IMG/VR virus record: IMGVR_UViG_2695420874_000005
Origin: a virus
Taxonomy: Duplodnaviria; Heunggongvirae; Uroviricota; Caudoviricetes
DNA length: 29,666 nt
Reading direction: 5' to 3' (one strand)
A program made the translations under genes and the position numbers. Below are positions 9,218 to 18,530 of this stretch, one piece after another (within the stretch, counting starts at the first letter, position 1; each line of letters opens with the position of its first letter). Under the pieces are notes generated by a model that was not told the origin of the DNA, ran no database searches, and was given only the letters and a program-made list of their open reading frames with translations.

Positions 9218-10118
9218 CCGAGCCTCCGGTCACGACGCTGTATTCGGTGCAGAAAGACGCCTGCGTACTGTTGAGCACGATGTCAGCCAGAGGTGCAGTC
9301 AGTTCGACACGCTGCACGCCCTCCACATGCAAAGCGGCATAAATGGCAGACAGACGGATGTCGCGCCCAAGCCGGTGCTGTGCCGTGATGTACGCTTCCA
9401 GTTTTTTCACGGCAGCAGCGCGGATGGGTTCGCTTTCGGGACCAGGGTAAAGGTAAAGCGTGGCGTTTATCTGATATTCAACAATGGCGGCAGACTGCAC
9501 GGTCACGCGGTCGGCCACCGGCCTGACGTCCTCGCCATTAAGGGCGTTACGCACCACGGCCAGCAGGTCTTCGGATGCGACGCCGTTATTTTCACGTGAC
9601 AGCACAGAGATGGTGACGCAGGCCGGAGACGGACTGGTGACAGAGATATCCGCGACACGCCCGTCGGCACTGCGACCATGATACTGATAGGCACCCACCG
9701 ACCCGGCGACGCTTAAACCTTCAAACGCCTGCTGAATACGCAGACGATAATCGGTGTCAGACTCCATCACTGCCGGTGTCGGCGGGATGGTCGAATCATC
9801 TGCCGGGGTGATAGTCAGGCGCGTGGTGTTGTAATTGGCACCAATCACATCAAGGTCATTACCGGCAGCACAGGCCAGCATCACCGCCCGTGCGGCCTCA
9901 TTCACACGCTGACGCCAGATAAGCTCACGATAAGCATTTTCCTCCAGCAGTTTGACGAGAGGCTCGGATTCCAGCGTCAGGGTACGGGCGACCGCCTCCT
10001 GCTGGTCTTCCGGGTAAAGGGAAATCAGTGTCGCCTTGCGTTCGGCAAGAATGGTTTCAAAGTCCAGCTCTTCGACCACATCCGGTGCGGGTAGCTGGTT
10101 CAGGTCGATAATCGGCAT
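9210..10118 (-). CDS. J: baseplate wedge protein J (P2 gpJ-like), 302 aa
   Basis: 302 aa as P2 gpJ; between W and I. Confidence 0.9.
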   Translation of the reverse strand: MPIIDLNQLPAPDVVEELDFETILAERKATLISLYPEDQQEAVARTLTLESEPLVKLLEENAYRELIWRQRVNEAARAVMLACAAGNDLDVIGANYNTTRLTITPADDSTIPPTPAVMESDTDYRLRIQQAFEGLSVAGSVGAYQYHGRSADGRVADISVTSPSPACVTISVLSRENNGVASEDLLAVVRNALNGEDVRPVADRVTVQSAAIVEYQINATLYLYPGPESEPIRAAAVKKLEAYITAQHRLGRDIRLSAIYAALHVEGVQRVELTAPLADIVLNSTQASFCTEYSVVTGGSDE

Positions 10119-10122
10119 GGTT

Positions 10123-10470
10123 TCAACTCACAGGGATGGTTAACGAAAGTGACTGGCCGGTGTCGTTGTGCTGGCCGGTTAACGTGACCGTCATTCGCCC
10201 GTCAAAGCTGCGCGCCGTGGTGACAGATGACAGGGTGACGCGGGGTTCCCATTTCAGCACCGCCATGTAACAGGCGACCTTAATCTGCAACTCAAGCGCC
10301 GGGGTCTGCGGCTGGTCAATCATTGATGCCAGCAACGAGCCGTAATCACGACGCATCACCCGTGAGCCGACCGGTGTGCGCAGGATATCGCCGATACTCT
10401 GGCTGATATGCTCAAGGTCAGTGACAGTCAGGCCATCACTGCGATTCATTCCGAGATAACGCGCAGTCAT
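10123..10470 (-). CDS. W: baseplate protein W (P2 gpW-like), 115 aa
   Basis: 115 aa as P2 gpW; overlaps V stop. Confidence 0.85.
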   Translation of the reverse strand: MTARYLGMNRSDGLTVTDLEHISQSIGDILRTPVGSRVMRRDYGSLLASMIDQPQTPALELQIKVACYMAVLKWEPRVTLSSVTTARSFDGRMTVTLTGQHNDTGQSLSLTIPVS

Positions 10471-11102
10471 AGAGGTCCCCCGGTTGTGCCGCCGCTGTCG
10501 CCGGGGTGTTTATGGGTATGCAGTACCTTACCGTTTGATGAGAGTTCACCGCCGGTGTGTTCAATGTTGCCGCGCATCGTCCCGCCCTTCTGCACTTCCA
10601 GCGTGCCGGTAGTCAGTTTGTTAGTGCAGACCACTTCCGGTGTGTCCAGGGTGACACGGGTTGACGCTTTCACCGTGACCACAGGCACCGTGGCAGTAAC
10701 AGAATCAGAAGCCGTCACGCTGGCCGTTTTAATTCCGCTTACCGTGAGTGCACTGGTTTCGGGTTCATATTCAATCACCGCCCCGTCAGGGAAACGGATA
10801 TGCAGGGCATCCGCCGACACAGACGGCGAGGGGTTATCACCGGAATAAATCCCCGGCAGAACGAACGCCGTGTCGAGTTCACCACCCACGGACAGAATCA
10901 GCACCTGTTCCCCCACGGAAGGCGCCCACCATGTGCGCGAACGTCCGGCGCGATGGGTCAGCCACTGAAGCCAGTCGGTGCACATGCCGCCGGTCTGCAC
11001 ACGGCAGCGACCGGCTTTAAGGTTGGTTTCGACGACAAGGCCGGTGCGAATCATGTTGCGCAGTGCGCGCGCGAGTTCCTGGATATTTGCGAGAGTGTTC
11101 AT
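10467..11102 (-). CDS. V: baseplate spike protein V (P2 gpV-like), 211 aa
   Basis: 211 aa; N-terminus MNTLANIQELARALRNMIRTG... as recalled for P2 gpV. Confidence 0.9.
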   Translation of the reverse strand: MNTLANIQELARALRNMIRTGLVVETNLKAGRCRVQTGGMCTDWLQWLTHRAGRSRTWWAPSVGEQVLILSVGGELDTAFVLPGIYSGDNPSPSVSADALHIRFPDGAVIEYEPETSALTVSGIKTASVTASDSVTATVPVVTVKASTRVTLDTPEVVCTNKLTTGTLEVQKGGTMRGNIEHTGGELSSNGKVLHTHKHPGDSGGTTGGPL

Positions 11103-11168
11103 AACGGGAAGGATGCCGCCGGGTCATACCGGCGGCAATGTGACGATGAGGTGTCAGGAATGGCACAA

Positions 11169-11549
11169 CTAACGGTCGAGGTGAGCCAGAATAATCTCTT
11201 CAATCATCTGCACATCCTCACCGGTAAAGCCGAGCAGGGGACGCGCCGGATAATCAATTTTCTTACCGTCCTTCCGGGTTTCTTCCGACAGACCGAACTG
11301 ATGCACACTGGCGATTTTCGGTGACTTCCCGCCGTAAAACTCCATTGATGCCTGTTCCGGGCTGGCGCGGATATCGGCACTTAAATCGCCGTTCGTCTCC
11401 GGGTCACTGCCCGGCATCGGGCAAAGGCTCACTTTCGGGCAGGCGTTGGCGACAATCACTGGCGTCGGTGCAGGCCGGGCGCTGGTGCAACCGGCGCACA
11501 GCATCAGGCAGGCCAGCGCCGTACCAGCGGCGAAAATCTTCGTTTTCAT
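11169..11549 (-). CDS. lysC: LysC-like o-spanin lipoprotein embedded in lysB frame, with unusually long C-terminal extension (126 aa)
   Basis: Starts inside lysB in a different frame; SD GAGG 9 nt upstream; signal peptide with lipobox-like LCAGC; Pro-rich mature N-terminus; C-terminal about 60 aa look globular. Confidence 0.6.
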   Translation of the reverse strand: MKTKIFAAGTALACLMLCAGCTSARPAPTPVIVANACPKVSLCPMPGSDPETNGDLSADIRASPEQASMEFYGGKSPKIASVHQFGLSEETRKDGKKIDYPARPLLGFTGEDVQMIEEIILAHLDR

Positions 11550-11829
11550 TCAGTAACCTCGTGATGGTTTTCTCGCGCTGTGCTTCACGCTTCGCCGCGT
11601 TCTCCAGTTCCTGACGCAGTGCCACCTGCGCCAGCTCGTTTTTGTCTGCTCTGGTGAGGGCAACATGAAGCTGATTTTTCAGCATGGTGATGGTCGTCTG
11701 CTGCCCGTTGGCGACGTTGTTCGCCCTGTCCAGCGAGGTGCGCAGGCTGGCGTTTTCATGCTTCGCCAGAAACAGACCCGCCACCGCCAGCGATAACAAC
11801 ACGACCAGCACAATCATCAGCCTTGACAT
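11404..11829 (-). CDS. lysB: LysB-like i-spanin (141 aa)
   Basis: N-terminal transmembrane helix followed by charged coiled-coil-like region; 141 aa as P2 LysB. Confidence 0.75.
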   Translation of the reverse strand: MSRLMIVLVVLLSLAVAGLFLAKHENASLRTSLDRANNVANGQQTTITMLKNQLHVALTRADKNELAQVALRQELENAAKREAQREKTITRLLNENEDFRRWYGAGLPDAVRRLHQRPACTDASDCRQRLPESEPLPDAGQ

Positions 11830-12242
11830 GGTTCCCGCCCCTCAAAACGCTGACGGCAGGCCGTACGTATCAGCCGGAAGAACACCGATGCCACGAGATA
11901 AATCAGCGCGGTAAAAATCCACCCGGCAGCGACCAGCGAGATAAATGTCGCCACCATCACCACCAGAGCTACTGCCCGTCTGCGCCACGGCACCGGCTGC
12001 AAAAACAGCGACGTGACAATCTTCACGGCCAGCGATTCCGGCGGCAGCTCCCGTCCGTAGCGTTCCAGTACATACTCAGTGGCATACACACCGACACCAC
12101 CGGCAACCACACAGATAACCGTCGCCAGAATCGCCCAGGTGGCGACAAAACTGACGGCCACGCTCTGCGGGTAAATCAGGGACAGTGCCAGCATCAGCGC
12201 CAGCGACACGTTCAGCATCAGTGAAAGGGATAATTTCTTCAT
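11817..12242 (-). CDS. lysA: LysA-like lysis-timing membrane protein (141 aa)
   Basis: Multi-pass hydrophobic 141-aa protein between endolysin and lysB as in P2. Confidence 0.7.
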   Translation of the reverse strand: MKKLSLSLMLNVSLALMLALSLIYPQSVAVSFVATWAILATVICVVAGGVGVYATEYVLERYGRELPPESLAVKIVTSLFLQPVPWRRRAVALVVMVATFISLVAAGWIFTALIYLVASVFFRLIRTACRQRFEGREPCQG

Positions 12243-12256
12243 GGTGTTTACTCCGT

Positions 12257-12754
12257 TTAAGCCGGTACGCCGCCAGCGGTACGCCAGACGGTGACCAGTT
12301 TTTCCAGTGAATGCTCACGCTGACCGTAACCGGCTCCCGGCAGGGACGCCCAGATATTGCGACAGCGTGAAATGGCTCGCTCAATGCGTCCCGCCCGGAT
12401 GTCATCCAGTGCACCGCGTTCGCGGATCAACTGAATGGCAAGTCTGTCCTGTGACAACGGACTGAAATCCGGCAGGGCAAGCTGTTTGCGGTAGTGCGGC
12501 CAGAACAGGTAAAGCTGCTGATAGCGACCGGAGGCCGTGGACTTTTCACCGCGACGGTTAAACACCTTCGCCGGTCGGCCATGCGCGAACGGGTGGTCAC
12601 TGTAGTCGGTGAAAATTTCCGGCTTTCCGTCCAGTCCGGTGACGATCACGTCATAGCCCCGGTTTTTCGTCAGCGGATGATTCGCCGTCCCTTCGGACAC
12701 TGCCAGCATGTCGAGAAAGGCCGCGATATTCTGATGCGTGTTAATTACCGGCAT
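12257..12754 (-). CDS. K: endolysin (P2 gpK-like lysozyme), 165 aa
   Basis: 165 aa; position after holin; sequence resembles P2 K from memory. Confidence 0.85.
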   Translation of the reverse strand: MPVINTHQNIAAFLDMLAVSEGTANHPLTKNRGYDVIVTGLDGKPEIFTDYSDHPFAHGRPAKVFNRRGEKSTASGRYQQLYLFWPHYRKQLALPDFSPLSQDRLAIQLIRERGALDDIRAGRIERAISRCRNIWASLPGAGYGQREHSLEKLVTVWRTAGGVPA

Positions 12755-13035
12755 TACGGTTTCCCCCTGCCCTTAAAGCGGCGCTGAATGGCAATCTCAA
12801 TCACCTGATAACCGGCGATACCCAGCATGGAGCCGATGCCGCACACCGCAGGCAGTGACAGGTCAGGAAACTGCACCAGAACAACACCGGCAACCATCGA
12901 GACAAAACCACCGAGCAACATGCGCCCGATAAACAGACGCGGGGTGATGGGTTCACCACCGGCAAGCACCTTGCCGACAACAATCAGCACCCCAATCATG
13001 AAAAGCGACAGGACGCTTTTTTCTTCTGCTGTCAT
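12754..13035 (-). CDS. Y: holin (P2 gpY-like), 93 aa
   Basis: 93-aa protein with transmembrane segments and charged C-terminus, immediately upstream of endolysin. Confidence 0.8.
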   Translation of the reverse strand: MTAEEKSVLSLFMIGVLIVVGKVLAGGEPITPRLFIGRMLLGGFVSMVAGVVLVQFPDLSLPAVCGIGSMLGIAGYQVIEIAIQRRFKGRGKP

Positions 13036-13038
13036 GCG

Positions 13039-13242
13039 TTACTCCCACAGATTGACAGTTTCAGCCACGGGCGCGGTCTGAACGTCGGGCAGTTCGACGG
13101 CGGTGCCATGTGGCAGCACCGCCCCCAGTTCAGCCAGTCCCGGATTTGCGGCGAGCACAGCCTCGACCACGCCCTCAGTGCGCCCGTAATACCGGACACA
13201 AATGGCGTCGAGCGTGTCGCCCTGTAGCGCAAAGGTCTTCAT
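13039..13242 (-). CDS. X: tail protein X (P2 gpX-like), 67 aa
   Basis: Internal ATG at 13242 (MKTFALQGDTL...) overlapping L stop; 67 aa as P2 gpX; the longer ORF start at 13311 is rejected. Confidence 0.75.
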   Translation of the reverse strand: MKTFALQGDTLDAICVRYYGRTEGVVEAVLAANPGLAELGAVLPHGTAVELPDVQTAPVAETVNLWE

Positions 13243-13751
13243 CAGATTTGACTCACGATGCAGCGCGGCTTGTCCTGGATGCGCGCCACTGCCCAGCGCA
13301 TATCCCGCCACAGCTCATCAATGGTGCTGTCAATGCTGTCGGCCTTCTTGTCGCCTTTCGCACTGGCATCCACGCCGCGATAACGCTCATAAAGCGACGC
13401 GGTCGCCATCGCACACACGGCGCGCTCGTAGTAAAAAACTTTGATGCTTTCACCGTCGATGTCGTCCGCCGGGACGTCCGCCAGACGCGTAAAACCGGCG
13501 GCAATTTTCTGTTCGCGGTACTCGTACAGCTCCGCATTCGTCTCCGCCATGCCTGACTTGATGGCCTCACGCAGACGGGCGGGGGCGACGGTCTGCTCAA
13601 GGCGCATACGTTCCCGGACGCGCTTCGGGTCGATATCGGGAAAAAAGAACGTGTTTTTAATCACCGGCTCGTCGCCTGCCGGTTGCGGGATGACCACCGT
13701 ACCCTCACCGGACACGGGAGCCTCCTTTCGCGGAATAATCAGCGTCATCAT
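13242..13751 (-). CDS. L: head completion protein (P2 gpL-like), 169 aa
   Basis: Start at MMTLIIP with SD GAGG upstream; 169 aa as P2 gpL. Confidence 0.8.
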   Translation of the reverse strand: MMTLIIPRKEAPVSGEGTVVIPQPAGDEPVIKNTFFFPDIDPKRVRERMRLEQTVAPARLREAIKSGMAETNAELYEYREQKIAAGFTRLADVPADDIDGESIKVFYYERAVCAMATASLYERYRGVDASAKGDKKADSIDSTIDELWRDMRWAVARIQDKPRCIVSQI

Positions 13752-13850
13752 GACTACCTCTGAAAAGTCGGGCGGTGGACGCCGGTGCAGTGTCAGGTGA
13801 TTCACCCTCACTGACCGGCGTGCCGCCCTGGCGCGGGGCGCATTCGGTTG

Positions 13851-14594
13851 TTAACTGGCTTTCTTTTTCGGGCGTCCACGTTTTGCCGGTGTCACGCTCC
13901 GGGTCTTACGCGGGGTACGGGTGGCCGCTTTTGGCTGCGGCTCCGGCTTCGGTTTCAGCTCCCGCTCCAGTCGTTCAATCTCTTTTTTGACGCCTGCCTG
14001 ACAGTCGAGCTGTGTCGCACGTTGCAGGTGAGCCAGCGCACCGGCGGCATCACCAGCGTCACGCAGAAACAGACCGGTGATTTTGTGCAGCTTTGCGCGC
14101 ACTTCATCAGGCATGTCAGCCGTGGCAGTCAGTTCAAGGGTGTCCGTCAGCAGGCGGGTATCCACAGACTCACCGGCAGCGTGGGCGCGCATGGCCGCAA
14201 GTGCCACCTCCTCGGTGAACATGTACGGCGGGGTACGGCGGTGTTTACCCGGCATGGTCAGACCGTATTTCAGGGCATAACGGGCAATCTCCAGCGCACC
14301 GGCAATATCGCCGGTATCCAGACGCCACAGCATGACCGTCATCAGAATGTCATCCTGTGCACCTTTGCCCTGCTCCAGCACGCCATTCACCCACGGCAAC
14401 CAGAACGGAAGCAGTTCGCGTTTTTTCGCGGCCTTCAGCTCTTTTGAATAAATCGCTTTCAGTGTGCGCTGGTCTGCGGCGAGCTTAACCAGCATCTGCT
14501 CATAGACAGTTGCATGTCGCAGCGGGGCGGCTTCCCGCTGCGCGGTCATCGCTGCCGAGACCCGCATCATGTGGCGCTGTGCGGGACTCGTCAT
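13851..14594 (-). CDS. M: terminase small (endonuclease) subunit (P2 gpM-like), 247 aa
   Basis: 247 aa; basic C-terminal tail; position between N and L. Confidence 0.85.
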   Translation of the reverse strand: MTSPAQRHMMRVSAAMTAQREAAPLRHATVYEQMLVKLAADQRTLKAIYSKELKAAKKRELLPFWLPWVNGVLEQGKGAQDDILMTVMLWRLDTGDIAGALEIARYALKYGLTMPGKHRRTPPYMFTEEVALAAMRAHAAGESVDTRLLTDTLELTATADMPDEVRAKLHKITGLFLRDAGDAAGALAHLQRATQLDCQAGVKKEIERLERELKPKPEPQPKAATRTPRKTRSVTPAKRGRPKKKAS

Positions 14595-14597
14595 CGG

Positions 14598-15671
14598 TTA
14601 CGCTCCCGGCTCTGCGGTCGCTTTAGCCGGTGTGGAGAAATCACCGACCTTAATTTTTTCCACCAGACAACCGGCGGCGTAGTCTTCCACCACGTAATCA
14701 ATGTTCATTGACTCGTAGTTCTCCACGCGGTCGAGTTTCGGGTTTTCCTCAATCACGCGGCGATGGCTGTCATCCATGTAGTAGATGGACAGGTTTTCCA
14801 GCTTTGTGATGAGCATCGCATCCGCCGGGAAGTACGGGACGCGTACCGCCGGCAGGTTACCGATGCGTTTCTGGCTGATGATGACGTCAGCGGCCAGCAT
14901 TTCGCTGTTGTCCTGCTCCTTGTTGACGATGGGAAAATACTTGTCCGCCAGTAGCTGACGTCCCACAATCACCACAAGGTCAGGGTCTTCCTGATACCAC
15001 GGCTCAATCAGGTTGTTGGTCGCATCCATCACCAGTGCGTCAAGGCTGGCATAATCACCGCCCTTACCCACGCGGATAACCTCAGAGGTGGTGTGCCCTT
15101 CCTCGTCAGTGACCTTGCTCATCACGCGCGCCGGTGCTTCATTGCGGTATTTCTGCAGCCAGCCGACCGCCACATCCTGTAGCATCGGATTACTGCTGCG
15201 GTCAGAGGTTTCGGCACGCCTCACGCCGTTAAAACCGGCCATGATTAAATCAAGGGACTGGCGTTTGATAATGGCGTTACGGACACGGAGCTGGAAATCC
15301 TGATAACGCGCCCACAGGTCAAGCGTTTTGTAGCGGATATAAAAATCGAAGTTAATCTGGTCGCATTCGTACTTGTTTGACGCCAGCTTCGAGAAGTCCT
15401 TCGGCTGACGCTCGGTGCCACCGGCGGTGTCGCTGGTGCTGGCGATGGAGCCGGTGACACCAATACCAATTTTTTCCCCTTTCATTTCGCTGACCGGCAC
15501 AATGTTGATGCGGGTCAGAAAGTCAGAGGACTCCTGCATGGTGTTCATCAGGGTCTGGGTGACCGACGGTTCAACGGTGAATTTTTTCGACACATCACCG
15601 GCGTCGATGCCGTTCAGTTCGGCAACACGGGACAGGTAGGCATTAAATTTAAAGCGGGTTTCCTGGCGCAT
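14598..15671 (-). CDS. N: major capsid protein (P2 gpN-like), 357 aa
   Basis: 357 aa as P2 gpN; follows scaffold gene. Confidence 0.9.
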   Translation of the reverse strand: MRQETRFKFNAYLSRVAELNGIDAGDVSKKFTVEPSVTQTLMNTMQESSDFLTRINIVPVSEMKGEKIGIGVTGSIASTSDTAGGTERQPKDFSKLASNKYECDQINFDFYIRYKTLDLWARYQDFQLRVRNAIIKRQSLDLIMAGFNGVRRAETSDRSSNPMLQDVAVGWLQKYRNEAPARVMSKVTDEEGHTTSEVIRVGKGGDYASLDALVMDATNNLIEPWYQEDPDLVVIVGRQLLADKYFPIVNKEQDNSEMLAADVIISQKRIGNLPAVRVPYFPADAMLITKLENLSIYYMDDSHRRVIEENPKLDRVENYESMNIDYVVEDYAAGCLVEKIKVGDFSTPAKATAEPGA

Positions 15672-15729
15672 AGTTTTTCCTGAAATTAAAGGTTAATCGT
15701 GAAGGTTTTCCCGGACTGACTGACGCCGG

Positions 15730-16584
15730 TTAGCAGTTCGTCATCAGGGCGTCACCGCCACCGCCGGTGGCTTTACTGCGGCGCTGCTGGGTCAGACTTT
15801 CGGTGTGGTCGAGACTGTTTTTCAGGCGGGTGAATGCCTGGCTGGTTTCATCCGCCCTGTCAGTCACCTCCTGCTTAAGTGCGGAAAAGGCGGTTTCCAT
15901 CTCAGAGAGGCGCTGCTCAGTGGCGCTCAGTTTTTCCTGCACATGTTCAGCAACAGCGGTCACCGCTTCATGCACGTCATTCAGACGGGCGTCATCGCTG
16001 GCCTGTTTGCGGCCAAAAATGGATTTCACCTTTTCGGTCAGGGCGGTGAACACGGTTTCAGGCAGGTCTTCAAATTCCAGCTCAACAGGCGTTGCCACTG
16101 AAATCAGGTTTTCAGGGCTTAATTTGAAGCGGTTCAGGGGGTTGTGTTTTGCCGTGCGGCAGAATTCCAGGTATTCCGTGCCGAGGCTTGCCGGGTCATC
16201 GGTGACGGCCAGCCCCACCAGATAACATTTGCCGGTATTGGCAAAGTTCGGCTGAATTTCCATTGAGGTGTAGACTTTCTGCGCGGCCTTGTTCATCGCG
16301 ATAAGGTCATCGGTCGGGGTGATTTTCGCAAACAGCGCCCATTTGCCTTTCAGCGCCGAATCGTCGTCAATCTTTTCCGCCTTCAGTTCGGCCACATCGC
16401 CATAACGCTTAAAAATACCGTCAGGCAGGATGCCGCGCAGATGTTCCAGGTTAATGCGGCAACCATAGACACGCGGGTCAAAGGTTTCGGCCATTTCCTG
16501 AATATCCTGCGCACTGATGACACGCCCGTCACAGGTGTCACCCTCAACGCCGATACGAAAGAATTTTGAGACTTTTTTTGCCAT
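15730..16584 (-). CDS. O: capsid scaffolding protein (P2 gpO-like), 284 aa
   Basis: Start at MAKKVSKFF (ATG 16584) with AGGA upstream; 284 aa as P2 gpO; divergent from P. Confidence 0.85.
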   Translation of the reverse strand: MAKKVSKFFRIGVEGDTCDGRVISAQDIQEMAETFDPRVYGCRINLEHLRGILPDGIFKRYGDVAELKAEKIDDDSALKGKWALFAKITPTDDLIAMNKAAQKVYTSMEIQPNFANTGKCYLVGLAVTDDPASLGTEYLEFCRTAKHNPLNRFKLSPENLISVATPVELEFEDLPETVFTALTEKVKSIFGRKQASDDARLNDVHEAVTAVAEHVQEKLSATEQRLSEMETAFSALKQEVTDRADETSQAFTRLKNSLDHTESLTQQRRSKATGGGGDALMTNC

Positions 16585-16757
16585 TGTCAGGAGTCCTGAA
16601 TAGTGATTAGAGGAGTCACATGTCGGCATCAGTTTCCCGACGATGCGCATCCTCCGCCATCAGTCCCGGATGGCTTATCACTGACACAACAGCACCTTAG
16701 CGAATCGCGGGGCGCGACTCAGTAGCCTTGCCGTGTATTCATCACGGCGAGGTATTC
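16585..16757. promoter_or_regulatory. divergent late promoter region between O and P
   Basis: 173-bp intergenic region between divergently oriented O and P, as for P2 late promoters; no precise -10/-35 or Ogr site could be assigned. Confidence 0.45.
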
Positions 16758-18530
16758 ATGACCATCACCACAGACACCACTCTTTTACACGACCCGCGTC
16801 GTCAGGCGGCGCTGCTGTACTGGCAGGGGTTTTCCGTGCCGCAGATTGCCGCCATGTTGCAGATGAAACGCCCGACGGTGCAGAGCTGGAAACAGCGCGA
16901 CGGCTGGGACAGCGTTGCCCCCATCAGCCGTGTCGAAATGAGTCTGGAAGCGCGGCTGACCCAGCTCATCATCAAACCGCAGAAAACCGGCGGTGACTTC
17001 AAGGAAATTGACCTGCTGGGACGCCAGATTGAACGACTGGCACGGGTAAATCGTTACAGCCAGACCGGCAACGAGGCAGACCTTAATCCGAACGTCGCTA
17101 ACCGCAACAAAGGCGGGCGGCGCAAACCGAAAAAAAATTTTTTCAGTGACGAGGCCATCGAAAAGCTGGAGCAGATTTTCTTTGAGCAGTCTTTCGACTA
17201 TCAGTTGCACTGGTATCGCGCCGGGCTTGAGCACCGCATCCGCGATATCCTGAAATCCCGCCAGATTGGCGCGACGTTTTATTTTTCCCGCGAGGCGCTG
17301 CTGCGCGCCCTGAAAACCGGCCATAACCAGATTTTTCTGTCGGCCAGTAAAACGCAGGCGTATGTGTTCCGCGAATACATCATCGCCTTTGCCCGGCTGG
17401 TTGACGTTGACCTGACTGGTGACCCGATTGTCCTGGGCAATAACGGCGCAAAACTGATTTTTCTCGGCACCAACTCCAACACCGCACAGAGCCATAACGG
17501 CGACCTGTACGTCGACGAGATTTTCTGGATCCCGAATTTTCAGGTACTGCGTAAGGTGGCATCAGGTATGGCCTCACAGAGTCACCTGCGCTCGACTTAT
17601 TTCTCCACCCCGTCCACGCTGGCGCACGACGCCTACCCGTTCTGGTCGGGTGAACTGTTTAACCGGGGACGCGCCAGCGCCGCCGAACGCGTGGAAATCG
17701 ACGTCAGTCATAACGCCCTTGCCGGTGGGCTTCTCTGTGCAGACGGCCAGTGGCGGCAGATTGTCACCATTGAGGACGCCCTGAAAGGTGGCTGCACGCT
17801 GTTCGACATTGAGCAGCTTAAACGCGAAAACAGCGCCGACGATTTTAAAAACCTGTTCATGTGTGAATTTGTTGACGACAAGGCGTCGGTGTTCCCGTTC
17901 GAGGAGCTGCAACGCTGCATGGTCGACACGCTGGAAGAATGGGAAGACTATGCGCCGTTTGCCGCGAATCCGTTCGGCTCCCGCCCGGTATGGATTGGTT
18001 ACGACCCGTCACACCGTGGCGACAGCGCCGGATGCGTGGTGCTGGCACCACCGGTGGTGGCCGGTGGCAAATTCAGAATACTTGAGCGTCACCAGTGGAA
18101 AGGCATGGACTTTGCCACCCAGGCTGAATCCATCCGCAAACTCACCGAAAAATACAACGTCGAATACATCGGAATTGATGCCACCGGCCTCGGTGTCGGC
18201 GTGTTCCAGCTCGTGCGCTCGTTCTATCCCGCCGCGCGCGACATCCGCTACACGCCGGAAATGAAAACCGCAATGGTGCTCAAGGCAAAAGACGTTATCC
18301 GTCGTGGCTGTCTGGAATATGACGTCAGCGCCACCGACATCACCAGCTCGTTTATGGCTATCCGCAAGACCATGACCAGCAGCGGACGCAGTGCCACCTA
18401 TGAGGCCAGCCGCAGCGAGGAAGCCAGCCACGCCGACCTCGCCTGGGCGACCATGCACGCCCTGTTAAATGAGCCACTCACCGCCGGTATCAGCACCCCG
18501 CTGACATCCACCATTCTGGAGTTTTACTGA
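16758..18530 (+). CDS. P: terminase large (ATPase) subunit (P2 gpP-like), 590 aa
   Basis: Start MTITTD at ATG 16758; 590 aa as P2 gpP; overlaps Q start (TGATG). Confidence 0.9.
   Translation: MTITTDTTLLHDPRRQAALLYWQGFSVPQIAAMLQMKRPTVQSWKQRDGWDSVAPISRVEMSLEARLTQLIIKPQKTGGDFKEIDLLGRQIERLARVNRYSQTGNEADLNPNVANRNKGGRRKPKKNFFSDEAIEKLEQIFFEQSFDYQLHWYRAGLEHRIRDILKSRQIGATFYFSREALLRALKTGHNQIFLSASKTQAYVFREYIIAFARLVDVDLTGDPIVLGNNGAKLIFLGTNSNTAQSHNGDLYVDEIFWIPNFQVLRKVASGMASQSHLRSTYFSTPSTLAHDAYPFWSGELFNRGRASAAERVEIDVSHNALAGGLLCADGQWRQIVTIEDALKGGCTLFDIEQLKRENSADDFKNLFMCEFVDDKASVFPFEELQRCMVDTLEEWEDYAPFAANPFGSRPVWIGYDPSHRGDSAGCVVLAPPVVAGGKFRILERHQWKGMDFATQAESIRKLTEKYNVEYIGIDATGLGVGVFQLVRSFYPAARDIRYTPEMKTAMVLKAKDVIRRGCLEYDVSATDITSSFMAIRKTMTSSGRSATYEASRSEEASHADLAWATMHALLNEPLTAGISTPLTSTILEFY

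Noticed and set aside
16585-16757. Ogr-type late promoter motif (TGT-N12-ACA) upstream of O/P, V and FI
   Set aside because: I searched by eye and found no clean match (only a TGT-N10-ACA near V); I am also unsure of the exact consensus, so no site is annotated.
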